Virus record (IMG/VR): IMGVR_UViG_3300009184_000059
Span: 1-53,395 of that record
DNA from: a virus
Lineage: Duplodnaviria > Caudoviricetes
Direction: 5' to 3' (one strand)
DNA length: 53,395 bases
The translations under genes and the position numbers were made by a program. Below are positions 1 through 9,649 of the stretch, piece after piece (position 1 is the first letter of the stretch; each line of letters starts with the position of its first letter). The notes below the pieces were generated by a model that saw nothing but the letters and a program-made list of their open reading frames with translations, did no database searches and was not told the DNA's origin.

Positions 1-18
1 ATAAGCCAATTTCTTTTT

Positions 19-210
19 TCAAGACGTTCGTTTTCTATACTCAAAATAGCCTCTTGCTAGATCTAGCCACTTACCGGACAACTTGCACCCTGGGCATTTA
101 AAATAATAAAAGCTTCTGCTGTTGTCGTATGTCAACGAGTAAGCAAGTATGTCGGAGCCACACTTGCAGTCGACGCCAGAACGCCACTCCTTACTCTTTA
201 CAGCAGCCAT
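19..210 (-). CDS. small Zn-ribbon protein
   Basis: 63 aa with CKC and CPGC cysteine pairs; overlaps the stop of the upstream HD gene. Confidence 0.6.
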   Translation of the reverse strand: MAAVKSKEWRSGVDCKCGSDILAYSLTYDNSRSFYYFKCPGCKLSGKWLDLARGYFEYRKRTS

Positions 211-869
211 CTGTCCATTATAATCTGATCCCCATCGATTATCCAGTGTAGCCGGCTAGCTACCGAGTTGGCATTTGCCACGATCATTTCTTCTTCTGTT
301 CGCGGCATTGTTTCCATAATCTTAGAACCCTTACCCGCATGGCAGTGGATTATGCGCAAAATCCTATATACAGTTTCTTCCTCCAAGTGCAAAACAGATG
401 ACTGAGTTTCCGAAACTAAAAGATCTTGCCTTTTTGCTACCTCGTAGAATCTATCTATAGTAAATGGGTGGAATTCATCATACTCAATTTCCCCATCCTT
501 ACCAGAAACACCCTTAGTTAAATCATGCAGCAAACATGCGGCTACGATTATGTCTGTTTCTATATTGGCGTAATGAAAGTTGCTGCACATGATTAACGCC
601 ACCCTAACAACCCGTTTAGTGTGTAGCACGTTGCCATATTCGTTATCTTCATCTGGTGGATGATATACGCTCGCAAAACTGCCGGGTATTCTCCAGAAAG
701 TATCAGACTTCAGCAGCATCGAGCGGACGAATGAAGAGACCGATGGGTCCCTAATCAAATCTATTTCTTCCATCAGAGGTTCTAATACGGAGTCCTCAAT
801 GTCTCTATCACAAATATTTGAGGTAGAAGATTCTATTAATTTATCTAATATTTTCTTTTTTTCATTCAT
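198..869 (-). CDS. HD-domain phosphohydrolase (YhaM/Cbf1-like phage HD protein)
   Basis: YHPPDE...GNVLHTKRV, LLHDLTK and IHCHAG motifs; the last conserved Asp appears replaced (ANANSVASR). Confidence 0.8.
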   Translation of the reverse strand: MNEKKKILDKLIESSTSNICDRDIEDSVLEPLMEEIDLIRDPSVSSFVRSMLLKSDTFWRIPGSFASVYHPPDEDNEYGNVLHTKRVVRVALIMCSNFHYANIETDIIVAACLLHDLTKGVSGKDGEIEYDEFHPFTIDRFYEVAKRQDLLVSETQSSVLHLEEETVYRILRIIHCHAGKGSKIMETMPRTEEEMIVANANSVASRLHWIIDGDQIIMDRWLL

Positions 870-874
870 AAAAA

Positions 875-1690
875 TTAACCTAGCTCTGTCATTTCCGACG
901 TGATACAGAACTCCCTACAGGGGGAATCAAATGGACATTTCTTGCAGTAAATTGTTAGACCCCTTCTGGGGACGAAGTTCTTCCTACTACCTATCTCTTT
1001 AGACCAATATATTAGCGTATTGATATCTAGATCTTTAACGTCTACTTCTATAAGGGAGTTTTTCTCCGACCCGATATCGTAGGCGTAGTATCGCGTACTA
1101 TCTGACTTATCCGGATTTTTTGAATCAAAAGCATACTTTAGAATAGAAAAGTCTACAGACAAACTACTCAAGTTTGGCCTCTTAGGCGAAGCTAACCATT
1201 TTATTACTGAGATGTCTTTAGTTTTTGGGTCACGTAAGACAACGTCAAAGACCCCACTTACCCTTACTGTTGGCGTAACTGACGAAAGGAAATTTTCGTT
1301 TACAAGTATAGGATCTCTGTTGTCTGAATGAAAGTCTTCATAAAATTGAGATATACAGCTTATAGCCTTAGTGTTCATACTTGATAAATTACCCCACAAA
1401 GACTCGTGTTTTTCTACCGCAATATCATACGCCGACGTTTCCTTAGGGAACCAAAGTTTTTCCCAGCGGTTTAATATTGCCGACATAGATGGCACGATCC
1501 CACCCTGTTTTTTGTAGAAGAAAAAAGCTGCTAACTTCTTAATAGTATTTTCATACTTAACAGACATCAAATCCCTAGACGATATAGACTCGTACATATC
1601 GTCCATATGCCTATACTTGTAGAGTAGTCCGCAAGTTTGATAGTCCTTGATAGATTCTGCGGTTAGTTGAGTTATTTCTACTTCAGGCAT
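875..1690 (-). CDS. RecB/AddB/Cas4-like PD-(D/E)XK-fold protein, possibly catalytically degenerate
   Basis: N-terminal TAESIKDYQTCGLLYKY and C-terminal CKKCPFDSPC (four-Cys Fe-S staple), SGVFDVV motif. Start moved to ATG 1690, which has GGAG upstream (ORF track gives 1759). Confidence 0.75.
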   Translation of the reverse strand: MPEVEITQLTAESIKDYQTCGLLYKYRHMDDMYESISSRDLMSVKYENTIKKLAAFFFYKKQGGIVPSMSAILNRWEKLWFPKETSAYDIAVEKHESLWGNLSSMNTKAISCISQFYEDFHSDNRDPILVNENFLSSVTPTVRVSGVFDVVLRDPKTKDISVIKWLASPKRPNLSSLSVDFSILKYAFDSKNPDKSDSTRYYAYDIGSEKNSLIEVDVKDLDINTLIYWSKEIGSRKNFVPRRGLTIYCKKCPFDSPCREFCITSEMTELG

Positions 1691-3140
1691 GAATGTCTCC
1701 AGCTCCAAATATATCAGATGCGAATACCTCTGATGAGTTATAGTCAGGCATTTCGTCAAAACTCATCTCGAAATCCTTGTAAGATTTACTATTATCGTCA
1801 TACCTAACTAGTGGTGGATCGTAATTAAATGTAGAGCCAGTAATTCTATTTTTTGGTATCTGTAGTTGCATTAAGTAGTCGTCTTCCGAATCATCGTTGC
1901 TGATTAATTTTTTCTGCGTAATGAAAGTAACCACGGATGATTTTTGTATAATAGCCAAAGAACCACCAACATCAGACTGTTCTATTACGTCCCTTTTTTC
2001 TTTGTTGGCGTTGCTGTTCTGTTGGCTTGTCACAATGAATACAGCATTCATAGCTTTAGCTAATCTTTCTAGTCTAACCATAATTCTTTCAAACTCTTGC
2101 CATCTAGCGCCACCCCCGCCCTTAGTGTACATTGACTGGAGTGTATCTATAATAACTATGTCAGGGTTGCTTCTTTCGTGACCCATTATATCTTTGAGCC
2201 AAAGTTCCAGATCATCAAAGTAGGAACTATCTGGATCATGCCTAACCATAAACCTATCGCCCCATTCATCCATCTTCTCGGTGAATCTAGCTATACGTTC
2301 AGTTTTTTCCTCCTGATTCCAGTGATCAGCATTAGCGTAGACGTTTTCATCTAAGATCTGACTCATAAGAACTCTTTCCCAGTGGGTTTGAGCCTCTTCG
2401 AAATTGATGTAAAGAGAGGTATAACCTTGATCTACCCAGTAGTTCGAGAGTGTCTTAGCAAATGTAGATTTACCAAAACCTGACATAGCCACTATGGCGT
2501 GAACAGCACCCCTGAAATAGCCGCCATCTTCAGTGTAACCCAAAGCTTTGTTATAAGACTTGAATGGGGTGGGCAGAAAGTCTGGGACTTCCATTAGCAA
2601 GGTCGCCCTTGACGCTATATCCGTAGCAGTGGTTACCCTTTCTAAAGGATCATAGTCTAGGTCTCCCTCTAGGGACCTAATCTGTTCAGTTAGACTATTA
2701 AGCCTCTCTACCTCTGCATCTGTTTTGTGGCCCTTTTTATTTAGGAGTAACTGTAGGTCCTGGAATATGCTTTTCTGCCTGCGCTTGTTGGCTCTATGCT
2801 TCAGTATCTTTGTTACCGACTCAGTGTCAGACATATCTATTGTCAGTATAGACTCTATGAGTAGGTTGACGCCGGCTATCCCGCCAAGCGCATCCCATAT
2901 CTCGGACTCAGACTCCAGCCAAGCACGAAATGCTATTGGATCTACTGGGTCTAGGTTTGTTTTTTTATGAAAATCCTTAAAAGCTATATATAGTTCGTAT
3001 AGCCCTGTGTCTCCGCTTAGGAGACCAACTGCCTCCTCTGGCAGATGTTCAGCAAAGTAGCTTATAGCTCCAGGCTCCTTCATCGAAAGAGCGAAAACTT
3101 GATACTCTAGCGGATATGAAATTTCTTCATTTAGATCCAT
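1683..3140 (-). CDS. dnaB: DnaB-like (SF4) replicative DNA helicase
   Basis: Walker A AMSGFGKST, YINFEE, Walker B IVIIDTLQ, VTSQQN and PKNR arginine-finger motif. Confidence 0.88.
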   Translation of the reverse strand: MDLNEEISYPLEYQVFALSMKEPGAISYFAEHLPEEAVGLLSGDTGLYELYIAFKDFHKKTNLDPVDPIAFRAWLESESEIWDALGGIAGVNLLIESILTIDMSDTESVTKILKHRANKRRQKSIFQDLQLLLNKKGHKTDAEVERLNSLTEQIRSLEGDLDYDPLERVTTATDIASRATLLMEVPDFLPTPFKSYNKALGYTEDGGYFRGAVHAIVAMSGFGKSTFAKTLSNYWVDQGYTSLYINFEEAQTHWERVLMSQILDENVYANADHWNQEEKTERIARFTEKMDEWGDRFMVRHDPDSSYFDDLELWLKDIMGHERSNPDIVIIDTLQSMYTKGGGGARWQEFERIMVRLERLAKAMNAVFIVTSQQNSNANKEKRDVIEQSDVGGSLAIIQKSSVVTFITQKKLISNDDSEDDYLMQLQIPKNRITGSTFNYDPPLVRYDDNSKSYKDFEMSFDEMPDYNSSEVFASDIFGAGDIHA

Positions 3141-3756
3141 TTTTCCTTTTTAGCTCTCTGTACTTTGCTTTTCTATAGTCTTTGTTTTGTTTCTTGACTT
3201 TTTCATAATAGTTATTGCCTTTAAAGGTTTTCTTCTCATCAGGTATATCTACTTTTGGGGCCACCTTGATAGCCTCAAGCATCTTCTTGAAAACAGCTTC
3301 TTCATCAAGCTGATCCGAAAAGTGGAATATAACAAGAGCTATACCCTTATCTCTGCAGAGTTGCTCCTTCTTTAGGTCGCGCTCTACTGACTCGTGAAAC
3401 GCATCCATATCCTTATGGAAGTGACTAGTGAAAAAGAAGTGTTGCCTACCATGATACTCCGCTGCCAGATTGTAGGATGGGCAATACACGTCCAACCTTA
3501 GCCTATCGCCTATATGGTATTCATTAACTATTTCTTCATTCGGTAAAATGTCCTGCATGATTGCCGTGAGTGCGGCGTGCCCCCTTGAGAGCTTCCTGTT
3601 ATTCTTCTTAACCCACTTGAGTCCCATTTTATTTAAAAGGATATTTAAATCTTTTTGATTTATATCTAGTTCTTTAGATATTGAAGCTAAGGACATATTA
3701 GATTCAAAGAGCAAATCTTTTAAAATAGATTCTAACTCCCAAAATTCTTTATCCAT
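3127..3756 (-). CDS. HTH plus Vsr/DUF559-like endonuclease
   Basis: N-terminal HTH-like SLASISKELDI; RLDVYCP..NLAAEYHGRQHF...RDLKKEQLC motif of Vsr-like nucleases. Confidence 0.7.
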   Translation of the reverse strand: MDKEFWELESILKDLLFESNMSLASISKELDINQKDLNILLNKMGLKWVKKNNRKLSRGHAALTAIMQDILPNEEIVNEYHIGDRLRLDVYCPSYNLAAEYHGRQHFFFTSHFHKDMDAFHESVERDLKKEQLCRDKGIALVIFHFSDQLDEEAVFKKMLEAIKVAPKVDIPDEKKTFKGNNYYEKVKKQNKDYRKAKYRELKRKNGSK

Positions 3757-3786
3757 TATTATCCCTCAAAGTAAAAATCTAACACT

Positions 3787-3795
3787 ATACTATCA
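3787..3795 (-). promoter_or_regulatory. putative extended -10 promoter (TGnTAGTAT) for the replication genes
   Basis: Minus strand reads TGA-TAGTAT about 30 nt upstream of ATG 3756, with a GAGGG RBS; same -10 hexamer as at 14424-14429. Confidence 0.45.
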
Positions 3796-4545
3796 TAACC
3801 GCACCGGTGCTGGGTCATAGATCAAGGGTTTTGATAAGAATTCTTTCCACTTCAACAACATCTGGTCATCCCCTAGAGCGCCCATCTCTCTCCAGTGCTG
3901 ACCTTCATTAAGGGGAAGGTTTGTGGCATCATAAGCTACTTTACCATTTCTTAGTTTTTTTGAAAATTGCTCAAAATTCCTATATTGGAAATGCCTTAAT
4001 TGAAAGCTGGAATAGTCTCTATTCCCACTCCTGATTACACTGTGGTTGCCCTGCAAAAGGGTCAAGCCCGGCTCATACCTGAATGCTACACACGGGAATA
4101 CTTGATGGCCTTTTTCTCTGTGAACTATTCTTTTAAGAGGATTTATATCGTATGGATCATTTTCGGTGGGCAGATGATCAAAAGAAGTTGCTTCCACCAC
4201 AGGCTCCTCTATGGAACGGAGTTTCTCCGCCAAAGTAGATCCATCAACCGCATACCAGAATTCGTCGGCATCGAACGGGACAATCCAGTCTGCGCCAAGC
4301 GAACCAGCTTCATGGCTTAATGCGGTCATTTTAGCTGATTGATAATAAGCTATTTCTGGATCATCCTTTATTAAAATATTTTTATATACTCTAGACATAT
4401 CATTTAGGATATCTCTTGTTCCGTCAGTTGATAAATTATCTAAAATAATGATCTGATCTAAGCCTTCAGAAAGAAGGTGCTCTAAGATATATTGAATTAT
4501 ATCTTCTTCATCTTTAACCATGCATATGCCAAAAATTTTACTCAT
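3793..4545 (-). CDS. GT-A glycosyltransferase (GT2 / Glyco_tranf_2_4-like)
   Basis: GICMVKDEEDII, DNLSTDGT, PFDADEF (DxD), GNH and RHFQYR motifs. Confidence 0.85.
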   Translation of the reverse strand: MSKIFGICMVKDEEDIIQYILEHLLSEGLDQIIILDNLSTDGTRDILNDMSRVYKNILIKDDPEIAYYQSAKMTALSHEAGSLGADWIVPFDADEFWYAVDGSTLAEKLRSIEEPVVEATSFDHLPTENDPYDINPLKRIVHREKGHQVFPCVAFRYEPGLTLLQGNHSVIRSGNRDYSSFQLRHFQYRNFEQFSKKLRNGKVAYDATNLPLNEGQHWREMGALGDDQMLLKWKEFLSKPLIYDPAPVRL

Positions 4546-5161
4546 TATGTTTTATGACTTTTCCGGGAATTCCAACAACTGTACATTTTTCTTCGGTTAT
4601 GTCCCTGATAATAACAGTTCCAGCGCCGATTGTTGTATTTTTAGCAATGTTTATTAAATGAATAATAGAGCACCCAGTCCCTATAAGCGTCTCCTCGCCA
4701 ACCGTAACCTGCCCAGCTATATTTACTCCTGGGGCTATACTACAAAATTGGCCGATAGACGAACCCTGACTTACGGTTGATCCGACGTTGATATGACTAT
4801 GCTGCCCTATGTGGACATTTCCGGTAACTATAGCTCCAGCAAATATGACGACACCTTCGCCTATAGTAGTGTTGCTGCCAATAGAAGCGGAAGGGTGAAT
4901 AATTGTTGCTGAAGTATTCATTCTTTTTTTATGGTATAAACTTTTTTTGAGATTTGGTTCATTAACCCCTATTACGTAATACGCACCCTCTATTAAATGG
5001 TCAATGTCACCAATGACTCCAGCCTTATTGTGGTCATCATCTAGGTACCCCAATAAATCCCAGGTTAAATTTTCCTGGTTAATAGCATTTACTATAGTCT
5101 CTATACCAGAGCCATGTGATCCAGCGCCAATTATAACAAGCTTTTCCACTAAACGAACCAC
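4538..5161 (-). CDS. NeuD/PglD-family sugar O-acetyltransferase (left-handed beta-helix)
   Basis: LVIIGAGSHG, GYLDD, IIHPSA followed by hexapeptide repeats and VGIPGK; true start may be GTG 5149. Confidence 0.9.
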   Translation of the reverse strand: MVRLVEKLVIIGAGSHGSGIETIVNAINQENLTWDLLGYLDDDHNKAGVIGDIDHLIEGAYYVIGVNEPNLKKSLYHKKRMNTSATIIHPSASIGSNTTIGEGVVIFAGAIVTGNVHIGQHSHINVGSTVSQGSSIGQFCSIAPGVNIAGQVTVGEETLIGTGCSIIHLINIAKNTTIGAGTVIIRDITEEKCTVVGIPGKVIKHNE

Positions 5162-5838
5162 CCATCCCCACGATAATTACCGGTATGATTAACGATAGGC
5201 TCGTGATCTACGCCGTGCAAAAAAGCGCAAGTTACAGATTCGTCAGAAAATAATAAATTAGAGAATTCAGCTTCTCCCCATCCATTTTGCCATCCCAGAT
5301 CTACTACCCACCTTGGATACAGGCATGGGTTTAGGGTGAAAAAGTTCCTATGCTCAACCCATACTGCGCCTAAAAATTCTGAACTATACTCAGTATATGT
5401 GTCTGGCTTCTGCTCCATAAATCCACCTACCGACGCCTCATCCCCGTTAACAGGCTGCCTTTTTAATGCAACTTGAGCTAGCTTAGGTTTCTGTTTCAAG
5501 ATGTTCTTTAGCAATTCTAAATCTATGCAATGATTAAATGTGAAGTCACCCTCCTGGTGCCACACATAATCTACGTCATGCTCTTTAGCTAATAACCATA
5601 GAGACATAATAGATCCAGATAATCCCATGTTTACCCTATGAGACCAAATAGTATAACGATCGCCATAAATGTCATTGAGCTCTCGTGAATAACCAGCGTC
5701 TCCTGAATCGTCTATTATAACCTTTTCAAAAAAATTATAATCTAAATTAGACTCTAAGGATTTAATAGTTTGATCTAGTAAATCTGGTCTTTTGTTATCG
5801 ATGATACCAAGCAAAACTTTTTCGCTCATGCGTGCCAC
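5149..5838 (-). CDS. GT-A fold glycosyltransferase (GT2-like)
   Basis: RPDLLDQTIKS, IIDDSGD, NMGLSGS, WHQEGDF and FTLNPCLY motifs. Confidence 0.78.
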   Translation of the reverse strand: MARMSEKVLLGIIDNKRPDLLDQTIKSLESNLDYNFFEKVIIDDSGDAGYSRELNDIYGDRYTIWSHRVNMGLSGSIMSLWLLAKEHDVDYVWHQEGDFTFNHCIDLELLKNILKQKPKLAQVALKRQPVNGDEASVGGFMEQKPDTYTEYSSEFLGAVWVEHRNFFTLNPCLYPRWVVDLGWQNGWGEAEFSNLLFSDESVTCAFLHGVDHEPIVNHTGNYRGDGWFV

Positions 5839-6503
5839 TTCTCCATGTAGTATATTCTATCTTGCTCCACCATAGAATTAAATTCAGGTGTATATCCACC
5901 AGTGGACTTAGACCCGCCATCTATGTGAGTAAATGAAGCATTAGTTGCCATGACAGTTTTTTTTCCAAATTTATGTATACTATGAATTAAATCGTCATCC
6001 CCATACCACCAATTATAATTTGAATCAAAGATTTCATTTCCGCCAAAATGAACTTGACTAGATATAGCAAAACAAAACCCAGCAAACCCCTTATCCTTAT
6101 ACGTTCCCGCTACCTCTACATACGTGCCAGTGCTTAATCTCTCGTCGTAATTGCCGCAAGACGCCCAGATGTCACCATCTAGCAATAATGGATTGACTAA
6201 TTTAGTCAAAAAGTTTTCAGAATGTATTATCAAATCGTCGTTTAAGACCACAATACTACAATCACTAAAGCTACTTTTCGCTATAGATACCCCATAGTTC
6301 CATTGCTGATAGATGTTTAATCCAGCAGTAGGCAAAAGCGTTATCTTTTTATTCTTAAAATCAGATAAAGTATGCGTATGGTCTATATTGCTATTATCTA
6401 ATATTAATAATTGATCAAACTCATCTTGCTCTACCAATTGGAGAACCAAATTATTGACCATATTATCTTTCCATATAGTTGGTATAATGCAAGAAATACT
6501 CAT
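5826..6503 (-). CDS. GT2 glycosyltransferase
   Basis: ISCIIPT, LILDNS, QQWNYG, VLNDD, GFCF and WWYGDDDL motifs. Confidence 0.82.
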   Translation of the reverse strand: MSISCIIPTIWKDNMVNNLVLQLVEQDEFDQLLILDNSNIDHTHTLSDFKNKKITLLPTAGLNIYQQWNYGVSIAKSSFSDCSIVVLNDDLIIHSENFLTKLVNPLLLDGDIWASCGNYDERLSTGTYVEVAGTYKDKGFAGFCFAISSQVHFGGNEIFDSNYNWWYGDDDLIHSIHKFGKKTVMATNASFTHIDGGSKSTGGYTPEFNSMVEQDRIYYMEKWHA

Positions 6504-7189
6504 CTATTTCCGCCCATCCAAAATGGTAGATCAATGTGATTCCAGGAATTAATACGAGTATGTGCGTTTTTGATATAAAATTCCTCTTCTTCCCCTGGAT
6601 TATCGGAATCAATATACCAAGGTAGATGTCGGATTAAATATGGGTATTGAGTCCTGCAACTAAGGCTAATATCCTGACTTGCACCTGGCCTATATAAAGC
6701 AAAGGTAGTATCAATTGGTGCGTAATTCAAGTTATTCTCAGGAGCACCCCAACTTAAATATTGAGTTTCATGATCTATAACAGCTTGCTTAAATCTATAA
6801 TGGTCAGGAATGTCATCTAGCTTCAAACCAAAACCAACCTTTTGGCGATCATCATACTTATCTAATAAAGATCTAAAATAATCGATAGCATCATCTGGGC
6901 AGTCCTCGATAGGGAGAACATCTGGATCTGAAACTACAAAATAATTATTTGCTGCATACTTGTCCAATACACCGTGTAGCCATACACCAGTGTGACCGGT
7001 GTTACCTAGCATCTTCACTACATTATGTGGAGTTTTCTCGTAGTATTCGAGCAATGGTTCATACGTAGAATCATTATCAACAAGATATATGTTTTCTTGA
7101 CCAACCTTCTCTAACCAATCGACAAGCTTAGAGGTGCAAGTTACTCTATCTCTACAGATTATAAAAATTGGATACTGGGCTAAACTCAT
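6500..7189 (-). CDS. GT2-like glycosyltransferase
   Basis: PIFIICRDR, LVDNDSTYEPL, VVSDPD (DxD), APIDTTFALY and RHLPWY motifs. Confidence 0.8.
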   Translation of the reverse strand: MSLAQYPIFIICRDRVTCTSKLVDWLEKVGQENIYLVDNDSTYEPLLEYYEKTPHNVVKMLGNTGHTGVWLHGVLDKYAANNYFVVSDPDVLPIEDCPDDAIDYFRSLLDKYDDRQKVGFGLKLDDIPDHYRFKQAVIDHETQYLSWGAPENNLNYAPIDTTFALYRPGASQDISLSCRTQYPYLIRHLPWYIDSDNPGEEEEFYIKNAHTRINSWNHIDLPFWMGGNR

Positions 7190-7866
7190 TCAGGAAAAAA
7201 CTTTCCATTATGAACTAACCACTGGACGCTTCCTTCGTGATACCTTTTAGCTTCATTAGATGCTCCTTCTACCGGGTAGAATTTATGTCCTACATCTGTT
7301 AATTTCCGCCAAAAATGAGCGTCTCCTCCACCCCAGATATCGGGAGTGTCAGCCCATCCCCCCACCTCTATAAAGCATTCTTTCGTATGCATTACTGAAT
7401 TGTGATCAACCTTATTCCAGGCATCATCTAATATGCCAGAAACTTCTCTAACTCCCGAGCAATTTCCGTCAGCATCTACGACGTCTTGATTCCCGTATAC
7501 CACTGAAACGTTTTTTTCTTCTAATTCCTTAACCATAACAGCCAAACGATGAGGGTAGTAATAGTCGTCATCTGTCAAATACGTAATATAATCCCCAGAA
7601 GATATATCATTAACAGCCTGATTTATCAAGGTTGCATAGCGTGTTGTTTTGTATCTTTCTTCTTCTGTGACGTCAGAAAATACAGCAATAACCCTAGGAT
7701 CATGCGTATATGTTTCAATTATTTCTTTCACCAAAGGATTAGGGGAATTATCTTCCATGATAATTAATTCCCAATCCTGAAATGTTTGATTAATAACAGA
7801 ATCTAAAGACTGCTTAAGCCATTGTGGCTTATTGTATACCGTGAGTATAACACTAACTTTAGGCAT
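7186..7866 (-). CDS. GT2 glycosyltransferase (SpsA/CgeD-like)
   Basis: VSVILTVYN, SVINQT, MEDNS, RYATLIN, YLTDDD and VDHNSVMH motifs. Confidence 0.9.
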   Translation of the reverse strand: MPKVSVILTVYNKPQWLKQSLDSVINQTFQDWELIIMEDNSPNPLVKEIIETYTHDPRVIAVFSDVTEEERYKTTRYATLINQAVNDISSGDYITYLTDDDYYYPHRLAVMVKELEEKNVSVVYGNQDVVDADGNCSGVREVSGILDDAWNKVDHNSVMHTKECFIEVGGWADTPDIWGGGDAHFWRKLTDVGHKFYPVEGASNEAKRYHEGSVQWLVHNGKFFPE

Positions 7867-8551
7867 AGACCTTCCAATCTACGAGTACCGGATCTGCATC
7901 TACAATAGATTCTATGTGACTCTTCTGGTGAAAATCTCCACCGTCTAGATGCATGTACCTTTCATACTTCAATTTTTTATCATCGTCATCCACATAGCCC
8001 AAATGCTGCATAACTAATGAACTATCGACTAGGTATTTGCCAGATTGTATAAGCTGGTTAACATAAGTAGGCTCGGATCCGCAGGCTAACTTCCTATCAT
8101 TGAAATGTCCATCGTTATAGAACCTAAAAAGTCTAGAGCTGTTATTTGGCGCCCAGAGTTTATCTACTCTGTATTGAGACTGGTTCCACATGTGAAAGAA
8201 TTTGATATTAATGACATCGTATTTATTTTGTTGCAATATCATAGACATGTCGAAATTTGGGTTTGTTGACCAAAGCTTCTCATCGCAATCGATAGCTAGA
8301 ATCCAGTCTCCAGGTTTAGCAAAACCGCATAGATTTGACCAAGCCTGACTCCTTAGTTGCCCTTCATGCTTAGTGAATAGTGTCTCGTCGGTGCTAAATG
8401 TCTCAGCGTACTTAGAGGCTACCTCTTTTGTGTCGTCTTCTGAGCAGTCATCTGTAAACACAATTAAATCGACCATGCTAGACAAGTGCTCCAGCACATC
8501 AGTCAGGTATCTTCCTGACTCATTTTTCCCAACCATATTAGCTATTAACAT
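7859..8551 (-). CDS. GT2 glycosyltransferase
   Basis: KNESGRYL, DDCSEDDT, WILAIDCDE (DxD), RLFR and QHLGY motifs. Confidence 0.85.
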   Translation of the reverse strand: MLIANMVGKNESGRYLTDVLEHLSSMVDLIVFTDDCSEDDTKEVASKYAETFSTDETLFTKHEGQLRSQAWSNLCGFAKPGDWILAIDCDEKLWSTNPNFDMSMILQQNKYDVINIKFFHMWNQSQYRVDKLWAPNNSSRLFRFYNDGHFNDRKLACGSEPTYVNQLIQSGKYLVDSSLVMQHLGYVDDDDKKLKYERYMHLDGGDFHQKSHIESIVDADPVLVDWKVYA

Positions 8552-8586
8552 ACTTTTTTATTTCCTTTCTCGGAGTTATTTTTTGT

Positions 8587-9414
8587 TCAGTCACGCTCTA
8601 TACCCATGTGGTCACATGCATCCCTGAAGATGGATTGACTAATCTTAAACTTAGAGTCCGGCTCGCCCCCGATATCCGAAGAAGCATGCCAGCTGTGCCC
8701 TATAGAAACGTGACCATCGTAGACTACGCTATACCCTCTGTGCCTAGCAAAGTAAGAGCACCAGGTCTCCTCGTAGTAGTGTGGCGTAGGCAAAAACGCT
8801 CCATCCGAGAGTGTCGACCATAAAGGTATCTTTCCGGATCCAACCAAATAACTTAGAAGCTCTATATACTGCGGATCGTAAGTCAGGTTTTCCCATACCG
8901 TCTTCTTCACAAAGTAAGCTGAACCAGAGACGGTAACGGCATCTAGGGTGTCCCTGAAAAGATCATCTCCTGGATCTTTAGCCTTCCAGGCCCGGTGCTG
9001 GGGCTTAGTGTTGGTTCCAAAAATTCCGGCGTGAGTTATGTTACCATTCTCATCTCTTTGTTTGGGACCATAGATATCTGCGTCAAGTTCATACATTCTA
9101 TCCTCAATAGTCTTTACATCTTTAGTCCTCAACCAAACATCTGCATTCAGCAGTCCGACTACATTAGACTTACCTTTAGAAGCCAACAGGTTACAAGCAT
9201 AAGCATAACCGTAATTACATGAACTTAAAATAATCTCCCCTGCCCAACCAAGGGGTTTAACTACTTCGGTTAAATATTCTTGACTACCATCCGTAGAGTT
9301 GTTGTCAATAATATATAGGTTAAATATTTCTGAGTCATAATCAGATCCAAGAGTGTCAATAAGCCTCTTAAGCTTATCTTTGGTGTTGTAGGAAACTACG
9401 CAAAGATCGATCAT
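8587..9414 (-). CDS. GT2 glycosyltransferase (WbbL/rhamnosyltransferase-like)
   Basis: VVSYNT, IIDNNSTDGS, NYGYAYACN, LLNAD, VSGSA and YYEETW motifs. Confidence 0.9.
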   Translation of the reverse strand: MIDLCVVSYNTKDKLKRLIDTLGSDYDSEIFNLYIIDNNSTDGSQEYLTEVVKPLGWAGEIILSSCNYGYAYACNLLASKGKSNVVGLLNADVWLRTKDVKTIEDRMYELDADIYGPKQRDENGNITHAGIFGTNTKPQHRAWKAKDPGDDLFRDTLDAVTVSGSAYFVKKTVWENLTYDPQYIELLSYLVGSGKIPLWSTLSDGAFLPTPHYYEETWCSYFARHRGYSVVYDGHVSIGHSWHASSDIGGEPDSKFKISQSIFRDACDHMGIERD

Positions 9415-9420
9415 TTTATG

Positions 9421-9648
9421 CTAGCTCCAGCCGTCTTCTTCGTCGTAACCTGCCTCAACAAGATTAGCTCTGAACTGTGAATCAAAGAACTCCATATACT
9501 CAAGCCATAAAGAGCGCTCTTCACTACCCTCGCCCCACTGGTTTGCTATTTCCGTTATGGTGTAGCACAGATCTTCCCAGACCTGAGCGCTTGCCACTAC
9601 GTAAGAGTCGCCAGGCTCTACTGATAGCTTGATTTTTTTAGCGGACAT
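9421..9648 (-). CDS. hypothetical protein (75 aa, acidic)
   Basis: ORF fills the gap within the operon; no recognisable motif. Confidence 0.6.
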   Translation of the reverse strand: MSAKKIKLSVEPGDSYVVASAQVWEDLCYTITEIANQWGEGSEERSLWLEYMEFFDSQFRANLVEAGYDEEDGWS

Positions 9649-9649
9649 T

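Noticed and set aside
3793-9414. Bacterial capsule/O-antigen locus
   Set aside because: No wzx/wzy, ABC exporter, priming transferase or sugar-synthesis genes; the array is flanked on both sides by phage-type genes in the same orientation.
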